NCBI GenBank assembly: GCA_951406725.2
Contig: OX597815.1
Location: 88,784,001 to 88,848,000 of the forward strand
From: Octopus vulgaris
Taxonomy: Eukaryota
Reading direction: 5' to 3'
DNA: 64,000 nt
The position numbers and the translations under genes are program-made. Of this stretch, positions 41,298-53,260 are shown piece by piece. A model generated the notes under the pieces. The model was not told where the DNA came from. It did not search any database and saw only the letters and a list, made by a program, of their open reading frames with translations. The number at the start of each line of letters is the position of its first letter. Position 1 is the stretch's first letter.

Positions 41298-42059
41298 GTG
41301 TGTTTATGTGTGTATGTGTTAGATCTACTAATTGTAAACATAATCTATACTTAACACAAGGTTAAATAATTTTTCTCTTATTGATATCATGATTTATTTA
41401 AAGTTGAAAATATAATCCTCACCATATTCTTTCGACTTTGTTTCTCAAATATTTCATATTAAAGTTTGAATGAAGTATACTTCCTCGATAATTATTCTCT
41501 AAATAATCAAATAACTGTTTATTTGCAGATTGAAAATTTGTCAGTGTATTGTATTTCTTACTTAACGAAAGAGCAATTCAATCTCTCTTGACATATGGAT
41601 AGAGTTTCAAATTGCCATTTCATTAAGTTTAATATAGCGATCATGTTGCACTATTATTTCCTTTCGATACGTCATTTGTCTTTTTCGTGGAAGAAATATA
41701 GTATATCAGAAATGATGTTACGTTTACTATAAGAACAATTCTGGAATTTTGCTTTAAGCTATTAATTGCTTATTAGCTTTTAACGTCAAAAAAATTTCAA
41801 ATATGCAAACCAACGTGACGAGCACCTTGAGATAAATGTTATATTATGGGAAGTCGATTCGATTCTCGCTTGACTTCACTTGCCCCTCACGCATCATTTA
41901 ACCTTGTGAGGAGTACAAGCATCACAATATCCTGTTTTTCCCTTTTGCTCTAAAACATAAAACCAAAACAATCACGAGAAAACCACTTTTCACCCAGAAA
42001 GGCTAATCAAATAAGTATATATTTGTAAAGAAAATCGATCTGAAAATAAAGGAACTAAG

Positions 42060-42310
42060 CATAAATGATGCATACAAGTACTTACGTATATTTGAAAGAG
42101 ATATTGTACGAGATGCCAAAAACGAAACAGATTATCGGACAGAAATTATTTAAGGAATTGCAGTATAGCATTAAAGGGCAATCATCACACTGACAATCTC
42201 AGCAGTAACCTAAGGTTGTAATTAGAAACTACTCGTGATTCTAAAAGCAGATATATAACCAGGCATGTAACGAAGTTTAGATTACATCACAAAAACCTCG
42301 GTACATATAA
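42060..42310 (+). mobile_element. Possible R4/Dong-like non-LTR RT remnant
   Basis: AYKYLRIFERD and TKFRLHHKNL resemble the YKYLGILE.D and downstream LH motifs. Very degraded. Confidence 0.3.
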
Positions 42311-43714
42311 TACATAAATACAGACATATATTTATAAAAAATGAGGAAACCTATCATAATTTCAACAATTATCTTTAGCTACATTGAAATAGATATAAAA
42401 TTATACAAAATGACAGAGACGAAACGCAAAACCATTTATGCTGCATACAAAGGCAATTCATAATTTTTCCTACCAGAAATACTAACATTAAGCATAATTA
42501 AGCAAAAATACATGCAAAACTGATACGGAAATAAATATAGTTCAGACGAGAAGATACTAATATTTGATATGTTGTAATAACCTCCTGGACAATTCTTCAG
42601 AAATATCAGTTAGAATATGACAAAATGAGGAATTGCATATGGCTCTAAAGTTTGCACTCAGAAAGAGAACGAACAAGCTCAGAGCCGATGTGTTCCAAGT
42701 AGGAATTATAAACTACATCAAAACTAATCATTGTGCCGACTGTACAATATTCAGCACATCAACATGGGACTCATCCTTGTACAAGACAGGAGACTCCCAA
42801 CTGTTCCTAACTACACTATACTTTCCGTGCGCTTGAAACTCTGGACGGGTTCGTATTTCTCTGTTGTAGATGTATGATACCCTAACTGCAGGGACCCCAG
42901 TTTAAATGTATAAATGAGAAAAATGGATTCTTCTGATAATACATTGATGAAGTTGCAATGTCTCTAAACAGCAGTGTTTGCTATAGGTAGCTAGAAGGTA
43001 AACCTTCTTTAAATAGCATTCTATATTTCAAAAATAGCTTAATATAATATATAATGAAGTTCTGACTATAAATTGCAAAAAAATAAGGCGGAATTGTCAC
43101 GGTTTTAAAACTAGTCGCACCATTTATGAGCGTTGAAAATGAATACGTAGAAACACTAATATGACTGCTATTATGATTTTGTGCTACTAATTAGAATCTT
43201 TTGTCAATATATACAATAATAATGCAAGATATACTATAATAACGTGGTTTTGTAGGAGAAAATAAGTTAATGACCATTAGTATGCATGCATATCTTCATG
43301 ATACAAAATTGTACTAATATCTATATGATCCTGATTGCGTGAACCTAAAATAACACGAACGCTTTCTCTAACGACATTAAGTTAAACAGCTTGTTTAACC
43401 ACAGATCAACTCTGAGTGTATTCTATCTGTGACTATTTTGTCACTTCGGAATATGTCAGTCTACATTATCAAATTTGTCCTTTCTTTATTTAAGGAGTTA
43501 ACCTTTAAATTGATAGAGATTGGCTGATGTTTCTAGTGCGATGAACGGTCACGTAAATATTTATCGTTGGTTTATGAAAACAACTTAAGATAGCATAGTT
43601 AAATCCCAGAAACAATGCTGAAGTTTCTCTGTGAAAAATGACCAGGGCAAATTTCTCTTTTGAAGAATAAATGTTTTTATTAATTTTGGCAAAAAGACAG
43701 CAATTTTGAACCGA

Positions 43715-43855
43715 GGCGGTACTTTATTTTATCGACTCCAAAGGATGAAAGGCAAAGTTGAACTCAGCAAAATTTGAATTCAAAACACAAAGAGCCGGAA
43801 GAGATGCAATTTAACCTTTTGCCCATCGCGGTAACTATTCCGTTAGCTTACAGCC
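43715..43855 (-). mobile_element. SINE family B, degenerate; further fragments at 45890-45972 (-) and 51630-51795 (-)
   Basis: GGTACTT.ATTTTATCGAC...AAGGATGAAAGGCAAAGT is the reverse complement of the Nin-like core. Confidence 0.75.
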
Positions 43856-46800
43856 GTATAAAAATAGATTAATATTGGTCATAGTTTGTGTATAGTGAAT
43901 GGCTACTCGATGGCCTTTGCTTTTTATTGTCAATGAATAGTACACTACTGTAGTTTAGCCCTAGATCAACACTCATTCACCAGACATGTGATGAAATATA
44001 TTTGTTTTCTAACCATTTCGTCTTTTTGTATACCTAGGGCTACATTTTCTAAGATGGCATTTATTTAAGACAGAACATGTAATGAATAAAAAAATCAAGC
44101 CGAACGACCTCGTAGATACTCTCATATTCATTCGAATCTTATAATACTGGTTCATTTTTACCCCTTGGCCAACCGAGTTCGAGCAGGTATATAATAATTC
44201 GAAGCTCAGCCTTTACCATTTCCTCTTTTATTTATCAGGGTCTGCATTTTTCAACGCATCCTGTGCTTCTTATGTAAAATAATGTTAGTTGACTAGCAAT
44301 AAAAATGGGAAACGACTTGCTTAAATTATGACTTACGAAAATAAGAATGACTGTACGAAAACACACGTATGTGATACAATAAAACAGTACTCTTTGACTT
44401 TAAAAAGAAACAATAAAGCACTAAGATTCTTGATATATTTTGTTACGAACCTTTGTATTTTGAATTCATGTTCTGCATATTTTCCATCCTTCGCATGGAT
44501 TGAAGCGATAAAATAAAGTATTAGTCAAATAGTTGTATTGTTTTACTATTGCTCTAAAACATCTTAGAAGAGAACAAAGTTATGACAGAAGATCAAGGCT
44601 AAAATAATTTTATCACAAACGATTAAGTTTCCTTTAGCAGTGCAATTGTTAATTTAAATGGTTAGCTAATTTAAAATATTATTTGTTTTGCATTAAACTT
44701 CTAGGAACAATAAACGAATTATGTGACGGAAAACCATGGAAGTTAGAATAAAGCTCTCATCTTCCTCAAGGTGAAATCGTAACAATTTGCTTTGATATTG
44801 CCATTAGAAAGAGCTGAAACAAAGCAATAAATTTATCAAAGAAAATCAATCTAATTTTTGTTTTAAATTCAAACTATGATTTTTAAATAACCAATTAATA
44901 CTTCATTAGTGAATATTAATTAAACTCAAAATGATAGCAATCTATAAAATTTATTAGAATTATTCTAAACAAAGAATAAGAAGTAAAGCAAAACAAAAAT
45001 ATAATGACTGCATAGAGTATTAAAAAGAAAATAATCAAAGTACTATGATGTGTCCTCATTTGTTGGGGACTGAATTGAGCAGAAGAGAAATTTTAATTGC
45101 TAAGATTCCCACAACGAATATATTTAGGTGCGAAGTTTCGCCTCCGGAATATGTGGAAAGTGTGATATATAATTCATGAATTGTAATTAACTATTGATGT
45201 TCAAAGTTATTAAAATTTTTTATGTCTCTAGAAAAGAGGGTAAAAACACAAATATATTTTTGAGTGTATGTTTTGAGTGAGTGTCTGTATGAAAATACAT
45301 ACACATTTAACGTACGTACGTACATACATGTATAAGCGAGTGTACATGTGCATGTAAGCAAATATATATATATGCACAATGTCTACAAATATATTACATA
45401 TATATGCACACATTTAAACACACGCGCACGCACTCCTTCACACACACACACAAACACAAAAGTGCATAGGCAGTCATCCTCAGGCTATGAAATTTCGAGC
45501 TAAAGTGTAATCGACTATTTCGGAATACGGTCTGTAATTTTGCTCTTACAAAAACAATTTAAAATCTTCAATTTCTTGTCTGTCAAAATGTCGCGTCTCG
45601 GCGTTTTAGCTAAGATCATAATATGTTTAACAATTTACTATTTAAGAGCTATAATCACAATGCATGCAAACATGTCAGTGTGTATGTGTACATATAAGGG
45701 TTTGTGTAAGGGTCACAAAAATCAATTATGGAGGGTGAGGTTCTATATTTCACTGAATATTCATGTGTGTATTTGTGTATATATTGTGTCATAATTCTTG
45801 TACATGCGTCCATATATGTGTCTATTTAGTGTTGATTATCGGGGAAAAGCGTACTCAGTAACGTAGTAAACATTAATTCGTTTTACAATAAAGGGAGTTA
45901 ATCGATTACATTGATCCCATTTCTTAAATAGTACTTATTTTATCGTCTTCGAAAGGATGAAAGGCAAAGTCAGCCATTAGGAAAAGTACATAGTAATATT
46001 TTAGTTTGGTTGGGTCTAGGCAAGTTAAGACTGAAAAATGATGGGGTTTGCATATCATCTATAAGTTTCTTGTCAGAGGGTGTGGCGGTGGAGAAAAATA
46101 TAGTAAAGGGGAAGAAAGAAACAGAAAAGAAAAGAAAAGGGAACAGATGAAAAGAAAGAAGGAAAAAAGAACATATAAAACACCCAATCGAAGAGGAGGA
46201 AATGAAAGGAATATATTCATGGGAGAGAATAAAATACGGTGGGTGGTCATTCGAATGGTCAAAGGATACAGTTGAAAAATTCAATAAATACATAGCAGAT
46301 GAGTATATGAATGAACTTTGGAACCAGTGACATTTGTGGGTAGAAATAACTGAATGAATTAATAAAATTATAAAAAATGGCACGAGAAATAAAATGAATA
46401 ACAACAGGCACGCTGATTTAAATGGATGGTTAAAAATGTGTAGTTTGCACTTATGTTACTAATGAGTAAGCAAAATTTAGATGGTGCCATAAAGATATAT
46501 AAGGGATTACGATGCGCACTCTTCTATCTTTACTATCTCTTCTCTGTCTACTTCTCTCCCTCTCTTGTTCTTCATCCTTTCTGGTTTTTTCTCCCACCCT
46601 TCCCTGTTATTCTTCTCTCCTTTTCACCGTTCCCTCTCACTCCTCCTCCTCGACTCTCTCGTCACTGACGCATGACGAAAGAGAATCTCTATCTTTCTGA
46701 CTACTACTTTCTTAAAGACAACAACATGCTTATACTGTCTCCTTCATAAGCTCGTCCTCCTAGCGTTCAGAATTTCTCTATCGTCTAGACTTAACAGCCC

Positions 46801-46899
46801 TCAACGTTTGTTTTTACTGTTTTCTTCTCACTGTCCTGTTTTTGTTATTACTTTCACCCTCCGCAAAAAAGTCCCAAATTTTATTTAAATTGCTTTGCG

Positions 46900-47130
46900 G
46901 GAAGGATTGTTTCAATGAAGTCGCGTCTTGTCCTTACCTTCGAAAAGGCGGAGTAGATGAAACAGGGACAACTGAAGAAGGGGAATATTCTCTATGTTGT
47001 ATATCTCATTTCTCTGTTTGCTTTTTTCGTTGTTCGAAAAGAGTTCGTCTCTATGTTTTTGCTTTTATGTTTTCGGTTCTCATTCTGTTCAACGTTGTTT
47101 TGATGTCCTGTACACATATATGCATGTATA
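46900..47130 (+). mobile_element. Repeat family E; second copy at 56160-56330
   Basis: Both copies share GAAACA.G.ACAACTGAAGAAGGGGAATATTC...TGTTCAACGTT...ATGTCCTGTAC and end in TA-rich repeats. Confidence 0.8.
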
Positions 47131-47214
47131 TATATATATATATGTAGGTATGTACATATATGTATATATATATATGCATATATTTATATATTATTTATAT
47201 TTTTATATATATAT

Positions 47215-47280
47215 GGCTATAGGAGTGGCCGTGTGGTAAGTAGCTTGCTTACCAAACACATGGTCCCGGGTACAGTCACA
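47215..47280 (+). mobile_element. SINE family A head; its 3' part resumes at 48756-48900 after the Tc1 insertion
   Basis: GGAGTGGCCGTGTGGTAAGTAGCTTGCTTACCAAACACATGGTCCCGGGTACAGTC, then ACGTCCCCGTAACTTAGCAGTTCGG...CAGCATGGCCGCAGTC. Confidence 0.8.
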
Positions 47281-47302
47281 CACACACACACACGTACATA
47301 TA

Positions 47303-48755
47303 CAGTTCAGAACGGCATTGTTTTCGTCAGAAAAGTAGATATAATTTTTTATCAAAGTTGTTTTATATTCTATAAATTCACAGACAATAAATACAATATT
47401 ATGTGTTATTGCCTGAGATTTTGGTGTAATTTGAGAGGATAATACAAAAGTTATGGACGATTTAGTGATTTACTGCAAAACCCATGGCGGCCAAAATGAT
47501 CAGAACGGTTGCTTTTACTCCGTGTTTTAGTATATTTAACCGGCGAACTCTAATGTTTTGAATTTGTTTACGTGACGGTTCATTTACTAAACATTAGTAA
47601 GAATATTTGCAGTGTACTCTGTTAATATAATGCCACTTACTCCGTTACCAATTCGTCAGCAGATAATTAAGCTTCGAAGGAAGGATAATTTAAGTATTCG
47701 ATCTATTGCAAAGATTGTTAACAAGTCAAAAAGGGTTGTTCACGGTATTCTTAAGGTCTTCGATGATTGTGGTTCGTGTGAAGCAAGAAAGTTTACAGGT
47801 AGGCCAAGAAAAACGACCAAGAGAGAAGATCGTGCTATGGTAAAGTTGGTTAAAAAGGACAGATTTAAAACTGCTGCTGCTGTTTCTCGGAAAATGAGTA
47901 TTGTATTGAAGAAAACTTTATCTCGAAAAACTGTGTCTCATCGTTTAGTTGAACATGACCTACAAGCAAGAGCACCTGCAATGAAGCCACTGATCAGCTC
48001 CAAGAATAAAAAGTGTCGTCTTACCTTTGCAACCGAACATGTGTTGTGGTCTCAAGAAAAATGGCAAACGGTGCATTTCAGTGATGAATCTAAGTCTATG
48101 TTATTTGGCTCAGATGGGAAAAGGTACGTTCGTAGAAAAGTAGGTGAAAAATTGTCGCCTAAATGCCTTAAAACTAGTGTTTAATTCGGTGGAGGAAGTG
48201 TCATGGTTTGGGGTATGATATCTGGAGATGGTGTGGGCCCTGTGGTGCGATTATATGAAAAGGTAAATGCAGGAGTTTATAAATAACTTGTAAAAGATCA
48301 TGTCTTGCCTGTGCTGAGAAATTCAACTAAGCGACCACCCATATTCATGCAGGACAATGCCCCATGTAACAAGGCTAAGGTGGTCATGAACTTCCTCAAG
48401 GTTGAAAAGGTTATTGTTATGGATTGGCCTGCTCAAAGCCCAGATCTCAATCCTATTGAAAATGTGTGGAATATTCTAGGAGAACGTTCGAAAGCCAGAA
48501 ATCATAAAACAACTGAGCAATTATGGAATGCCTTTCAGGAAGAATGGAATAAGATCACTCAGCAAGAAATTGAAAATTTGATTTCCTCATGCAGTCGAAG
48601 ATGTCAGAGTGTGATTGAAGCTAAAGGGCTTCACATTAAATATTAAATAATTCCAGTATTCTCTGTCCTTTTTGATTATCTTGTTATTTTTTAACCGTTC
48701 TGATCATTTTGGCCGCCATGGGTTTTGCAGTAAATCACTAAATCATCCATAACTT
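47303..48755 (+). mobile_element. Tc1 (DD34E, IR/DR) copy 2 of the same family as 20326-21941; right TIR truncated
   Basis: Highly similar to copy 1. The left outer direct repeat has a short deletion, and the right TIR stops after the inner direct repeat. Confidence 0.95.
47630..48646 (+). pseudogene. Tc1 transposase pseudogene, 338 codons, two nonsense codons, no frameshift
   Basis: Runs MPLTPLPIRQQ...GLHIKY*. TAA at 48182-48184 and at about 48284. There are 34 residues between the catalytic D (QDN) and E (PIEN). Confidence 0.93.
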
Positions 48756-48930
48756 ACGTCCCCGTAACTTAGCAGTTCGGCGTATGTGACCGATAGAATA
48801 CGTACTAGGCTTACAAAGAATAAGTTCTGGGGTCGATTTACTCGACTAAGGGCGGTGCTCCAGCATGGCCGCAGTCAGATGAATGCAACAAGTAATACAG
48901 CATTGGAATACTTCACAGCATACATATATG

Positions 48931-48975
<45 letters not shown>

Positions 48976-48980
48976 TATAT

Positions 48981-49325
48981 TATATTAAATTAGAGACAAA
49001 ACAATAAACAATAAACTCATTGTTTAAACCTCGCCAAGATAAATATTTAAACCACCTGATGAATGACTGTGACTTGAAAATTTAAAGAAATTAACAGCCA
49101 TGAAACGATCGTAGTGATATATTAATTATATCTTTTCAATAATTTTGTTATATATTTAAATAATATAAATTAAATAATCTTATGTATTGGCTTAAGTTTT
49201 TCCTTGTATGATTTGCCTAATAGTGGTTTTGTCTCTAATTTAATATAATATAATATTTTACTATAAAATTGGATTCAATCCTAAATCTGATTTTTCCCTG
49301 TAAGTTTGGATTTATTCCCTAATAT
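48981..49325 (+). mobile_element. PLE-like non-coding element with a hammerhead and a short inverted tail copy
   Basis: HHR at 49051-49115: ACCAC-CTGATGA-ATGACTGT...ACAGCCAT-GAAA-CGATC-GTAGT. 22-bp inverted repeat 48981-49002 vs 49226-49247. Sits in (TA)n. Confidence 0.8.
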
Positions 49326-49364
49326 TTATTATTATTATTATATATATATATAATTCAGGGGAGC

Positions 49365-49765
49365 AAATTCTTACTGCTGTCTCTGGGATATCCCCGAGTA
49401 TGGGATATTCCATCATCAGAGACAAATGGGAAGAAAATAGGGAAAATGAGACTGGTATATATTAATGATATGGTGATTTGGAGGAAGGTAGTAAAATAAT
49501 AATGAGATGGAAAGAAGGAAGACTAAAGAAGCATAAAAGTTCATAGTCGGACTTTTCGAAGTTAAAGGAACCAGACCATGTATCCTTAGGTGCAATCATG
49601 CGTAGATCCATGAACGTAGGTCTTTATGCTTATTCTTTTGCTCCCTTCCTCTCTGTCGCCATCTCATTAATATATACCATTCTCATTTCTTCCTATTTAC
49701 CCTATTTGTTTCTGATGACGGAATATCTCATACTCGGGAATACCCCAGAAACAGCTGTAAGATTT
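49365..49765. mobile_element. Imperfect inverted repeat with one hammerhead on each arm, pointing outward
   Basis: Plus strand: CTGATGA (49712-49718)...GAAA-CAGCTGTA-AGA. Minus strand: CTGATGA (49413-49419)...GAGA-CAGCAGTA-AGA. Arms are about 49365-49545 and 49610-49765. Confidence 0.8.
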
Positions 49766-49930
49766 TCAATTTCTTCCTATAATAATATTGTACACGACTT
49801 GAGATGTTTACTTTGCCTTAATGTTTACTGTCCTGTTTAACAATTATATATTTGCTGCATCGGAAATCTGCAATGGCTCCACAACTACCGTTTCAACTAT
49901 AATGTATGTATTATATACATACATACATAC

Positions 49931-49974
<44 letters not shown>

Positions 49975-50002
49975 CATACATACATATTTATTCAATCATG
50001 AA

Positions 50003-50053
<51 letters not shown>

Positions 50054-50057
50054 CAAT

Positions 50058-50450
50058 GGGCGCAAGCTGGCTGTGTGGTAAGAGGCTTGCTTCCCAACCA
50101 CATGGTTCCCGGTTCAGTCCCACCTTAGGCAAGTGTCTTCTACTATAGCCTCGAGTCAACGAAAACCTTGTGAGTGGCTTTGGTAGACAATAACTGTAAG
50201 AAGCCTGTCGCATATATATGTATATATTTATGTATGTGTGTCTCTGTGTGGATGTTTGTCCCTCACCACCATCGCTTGATAACGGATGGTGGTGTGTTTA
50301 AGTCCCCGTAACTTAGGGATTCTATAGATAAAAAAACCTATGGAATAAGTACTAAGCTTACAAAGAAGAAGTCCTGGGAGAGACTTCTTCGACTTAAAAC
50401 CTTTTAAGGTGGTGCTCCAGCATAGCCGCAGTCAAATGACTAAAAACAAT
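50058..50450 (+). mobile_element. tRNA-derived SINE family A, full length; 3' fragment also at 51940-52110
   Basis: A box TGGCTGTGTGG, B box GGTTCAGTCC, CCTTAGGCAAGTGTCTT core, internal TA/TG tract and conserved tail. Confidence 0.88.
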
Positions 50451-50658
50451 AGCAGAATATATATATATATATATATGGTTACAATGAGGATATTTAGACC
50501 TCTTATAAGGATATTTTTATCCAAGATACACTGGTTTAATATATTGCGTTTTGGCGTTTTGAAGAGATATTTCTTCAGTGAATATATTATATAAAATATT
50601 GCAAAATATTAAATATTATCCGCTAGATCCCTCTGTTTTCAAACACGATAGTAATATC

Positions 50659-50774
<116 letters not shown>

Positions 50775-50823
50775 CGGGCATGCCGGGGTCACCGTTGTTA
50801 AAAAGGAAAACAGGTAGCATTAA

Positions 50824-50948
50824 ACCTTTGAGCCCGTAACACCGGTTTCTCTATACCGTAGCACCTATACCGTATCTCCGTCGGTGGAGCACCGGTGGAG
50901 TGCAAGGTATATGGTCAAATAAGGTTCAGGAGGTCAGGGCTCAAAGGG
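50824..50948. mobile_element. piggyBac-like MITE (125 bp)
   Basis: TTAA on both sides (50820-50823 and 50949-50952). TIR (A)CCTTTGAGCCC / GGGCTCAAAGGG. Confidence 0.7.
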
Positions 50949-50988
50949 TTAAATATGAATCATCGGGAAAATAGTATAAAATAACTCA

Positions 50989-51045
50989 TGACCCCCGACG
51001 TGATTCGGACTAGATGCCTTCTGATCTGGAGTCAGACGAGCGCTA
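50989..51045 (-). pseudogene. tRNA-Trp(CCA) pseudogene, 5'-truncated
   Basis: Minus strand TAGCGCTCGTCTGACTCCAGATCAGAAGGCATCTAGTCCGAATCACGTCGGGGGTCA matches the metazoan tRNA-Trp anticodon arm and 3' end. The T arm is mutated and the 5' end is replaced by (TA)n. Confidence 0.8.
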
Positions 51046-52199
51046 TATATATATATATATATATCAGAATATTGCAAAAAAGCACTGAAACATTGAAAAA
51101 TATTGAAAAACATGTCAATTGAAATGAAAGGAAAAGAAATCATAGCAACGGGGAGCTACTAATTTAGAGGAATGGTAAATAGTTCAAAAAGTACCAACTG
51201 ATGTGCTAGCCAAAGATGAAGACAGATACAATAAAGTAAGAAAAAATGATAAAATAAAAATAAAGTAAAACTGAAGACAAAGTAGGAAAAATAAAGAATA
51301 TTGGTAGGATATAATAATAAGTAAAAAGATAAAATAAAAATATGTAGAAAAATATTGATAAATATCGAGGAAAATCCTCAGCCCCTGCTGTTTTTCATTT
51401 TAATTAACTGTCATGTCATATTTTTAAAATTCTTTGCCAAGACTGAGACATTTAGTCCTCTCAAAAAGTTTTCCCAGCGCATTCTACATGTTAATGGAAC
51501 AGCACTGAGACATGTGGAGAAGTTTAAGTATCTCGGAACTGCATTCAAGAATGATGGGAAAGCAGGAGACTGGACTGCTTGCTAGAAGTACAGGTGCTGG
51601 CACAGTAATGCTTCAATTCCAGCTGTCCAATTCCAGAGGGGATGATTCGATTACATCGACCCAGATGTTCAAGTGGTACTTATTTTATCGACCTCAAAAG
51701 GATGAAAGGTAAAGTCGACCTCAGTGGAATTGGAACTCAGAACGTAGCTAAGCATTTCGTCCGGTGCGCTGACGAAACTGCCAACTCACTGCCTTGTAAA
51801 TTACCTTTAATGAAGAGAAACGTCATTATATTATTAACTATTTTTGGTAAAACAACAGAAGGGAGACGCCAACACAATCAATTAAAAACCACATGTAATG
51901 CTGCTGGAGTTTGACTTTAGTTAATTAAAGGTGACCAGTATAGTGCTGGTGTATTTACGTCCAGTAACTTAACGGTTCTGTAAGAAAGGATGATCGTTTA
52001 AGTGCCAGGCTTAAAGTAACGGGGATCGATTTATTCGACTAAAAATTCTTCAAGACGGTGCCCCATGACCGCAATCTAATGACTGATACAAGTAAAAAAT
52101 ATAAGATAAAAGATACACATACGCACACACACACACAAAATATTTGCCAAGCAAGAGTAAATTAGATTGTGATACATTAAGCAGCGATAATTAAAATAT

Positions 52200-53260
52200 T
52201 TAATAAGTTCGCTTATGCTATGTACTAAAACTAGAAAGCCCTTCGAAACTTATTCGAAGTTTCTACTGGAAGTTGAAAAACAGTCGAAGTGCAAAAATAT
52301 TTTAGTAGGAATCTTCATAAAGATCCACCTACACGGTTTACCCTCATTCGAATAAGAGATGAATTTGTAGCAGATGGAACGGTTGAAAATGTCCACAAGA
52401 CACTCTTCCCCCGGAAGACCACGGACATCGACAAGACCTGCAAAGCAAGAAAGGACACTAAAGATAGGGCTCTAAAAACGTATTGCCAGAGTTGATGAAA
52501 TTCTCTGCGACAAATTAGTCATGCGATATGAATTATAAAATCAAGCGATCATCACGTTTTGAAGCGGTGTCTTTAGGAAAATTTTCATTTCAAAATAGTC
52601 CATGCTCTCTATGATTTGGACGGAAGAGTAAAGTTTTGGGGTGTGTGGTATTTAGCAAAATACAAATTCAATGATTGAAGTGATGCGGTTTACATTTAAA
52701 TTACATAGCTCAATTAACCGCCACAGTTGCACATACTGAGGACCTTACAATCGCTATGTTATGGAGAAATCTCATATTAATTTACGGAAGTTGCAATATG
52801 GTGTGACTTTTCCAAAGGATTAATTAGATCATTCGTTTTTGCCCTTGCTGTGACTGATTCCACATACTTGAGCATGCTACGGCAATTTATCAAACCAACC
52901 ATTCAAGAGGACAGTGAAAATGTCGAGTTTTATTTCTGGCAAGATGGGACACCTCACTGATACTATAGTATTGATGATATTTTGCCAAATAAATGAATTG
53001 GAGGAAGACGTCTTGCAGGATACTATCCATGTTCATCGTTCCTCACACCACTTGATTTTTCCATGGAAATACCTAAACGATAAAGTTTACGGTACAAAAC
53101 AGCAACAGTCAACGAATTGAGGCTGTCATTGAAAGAGAATGAGCACAAATGCCGAACGAAATGTTCATTGATGTCTGCGATTTCATTGATTTGCATTATC
53201 GGCAGTACCTGGTTTACAAACAATAGATAATTAGAAAAATGCAGTTGGATCAGTGCTTTG
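52200..53260 (+). mobile_element. Degenerate Tc1/mariner-superfamily relic, DD41D (rosa/Visitor)-like
   Basis: DPPTRFTLIRIRDEFVADGTVENVHK N-terminus; remnants of QDG.P.H, IGGRR, LTPLDF and YLNDKVY. Confidence 0.7.
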
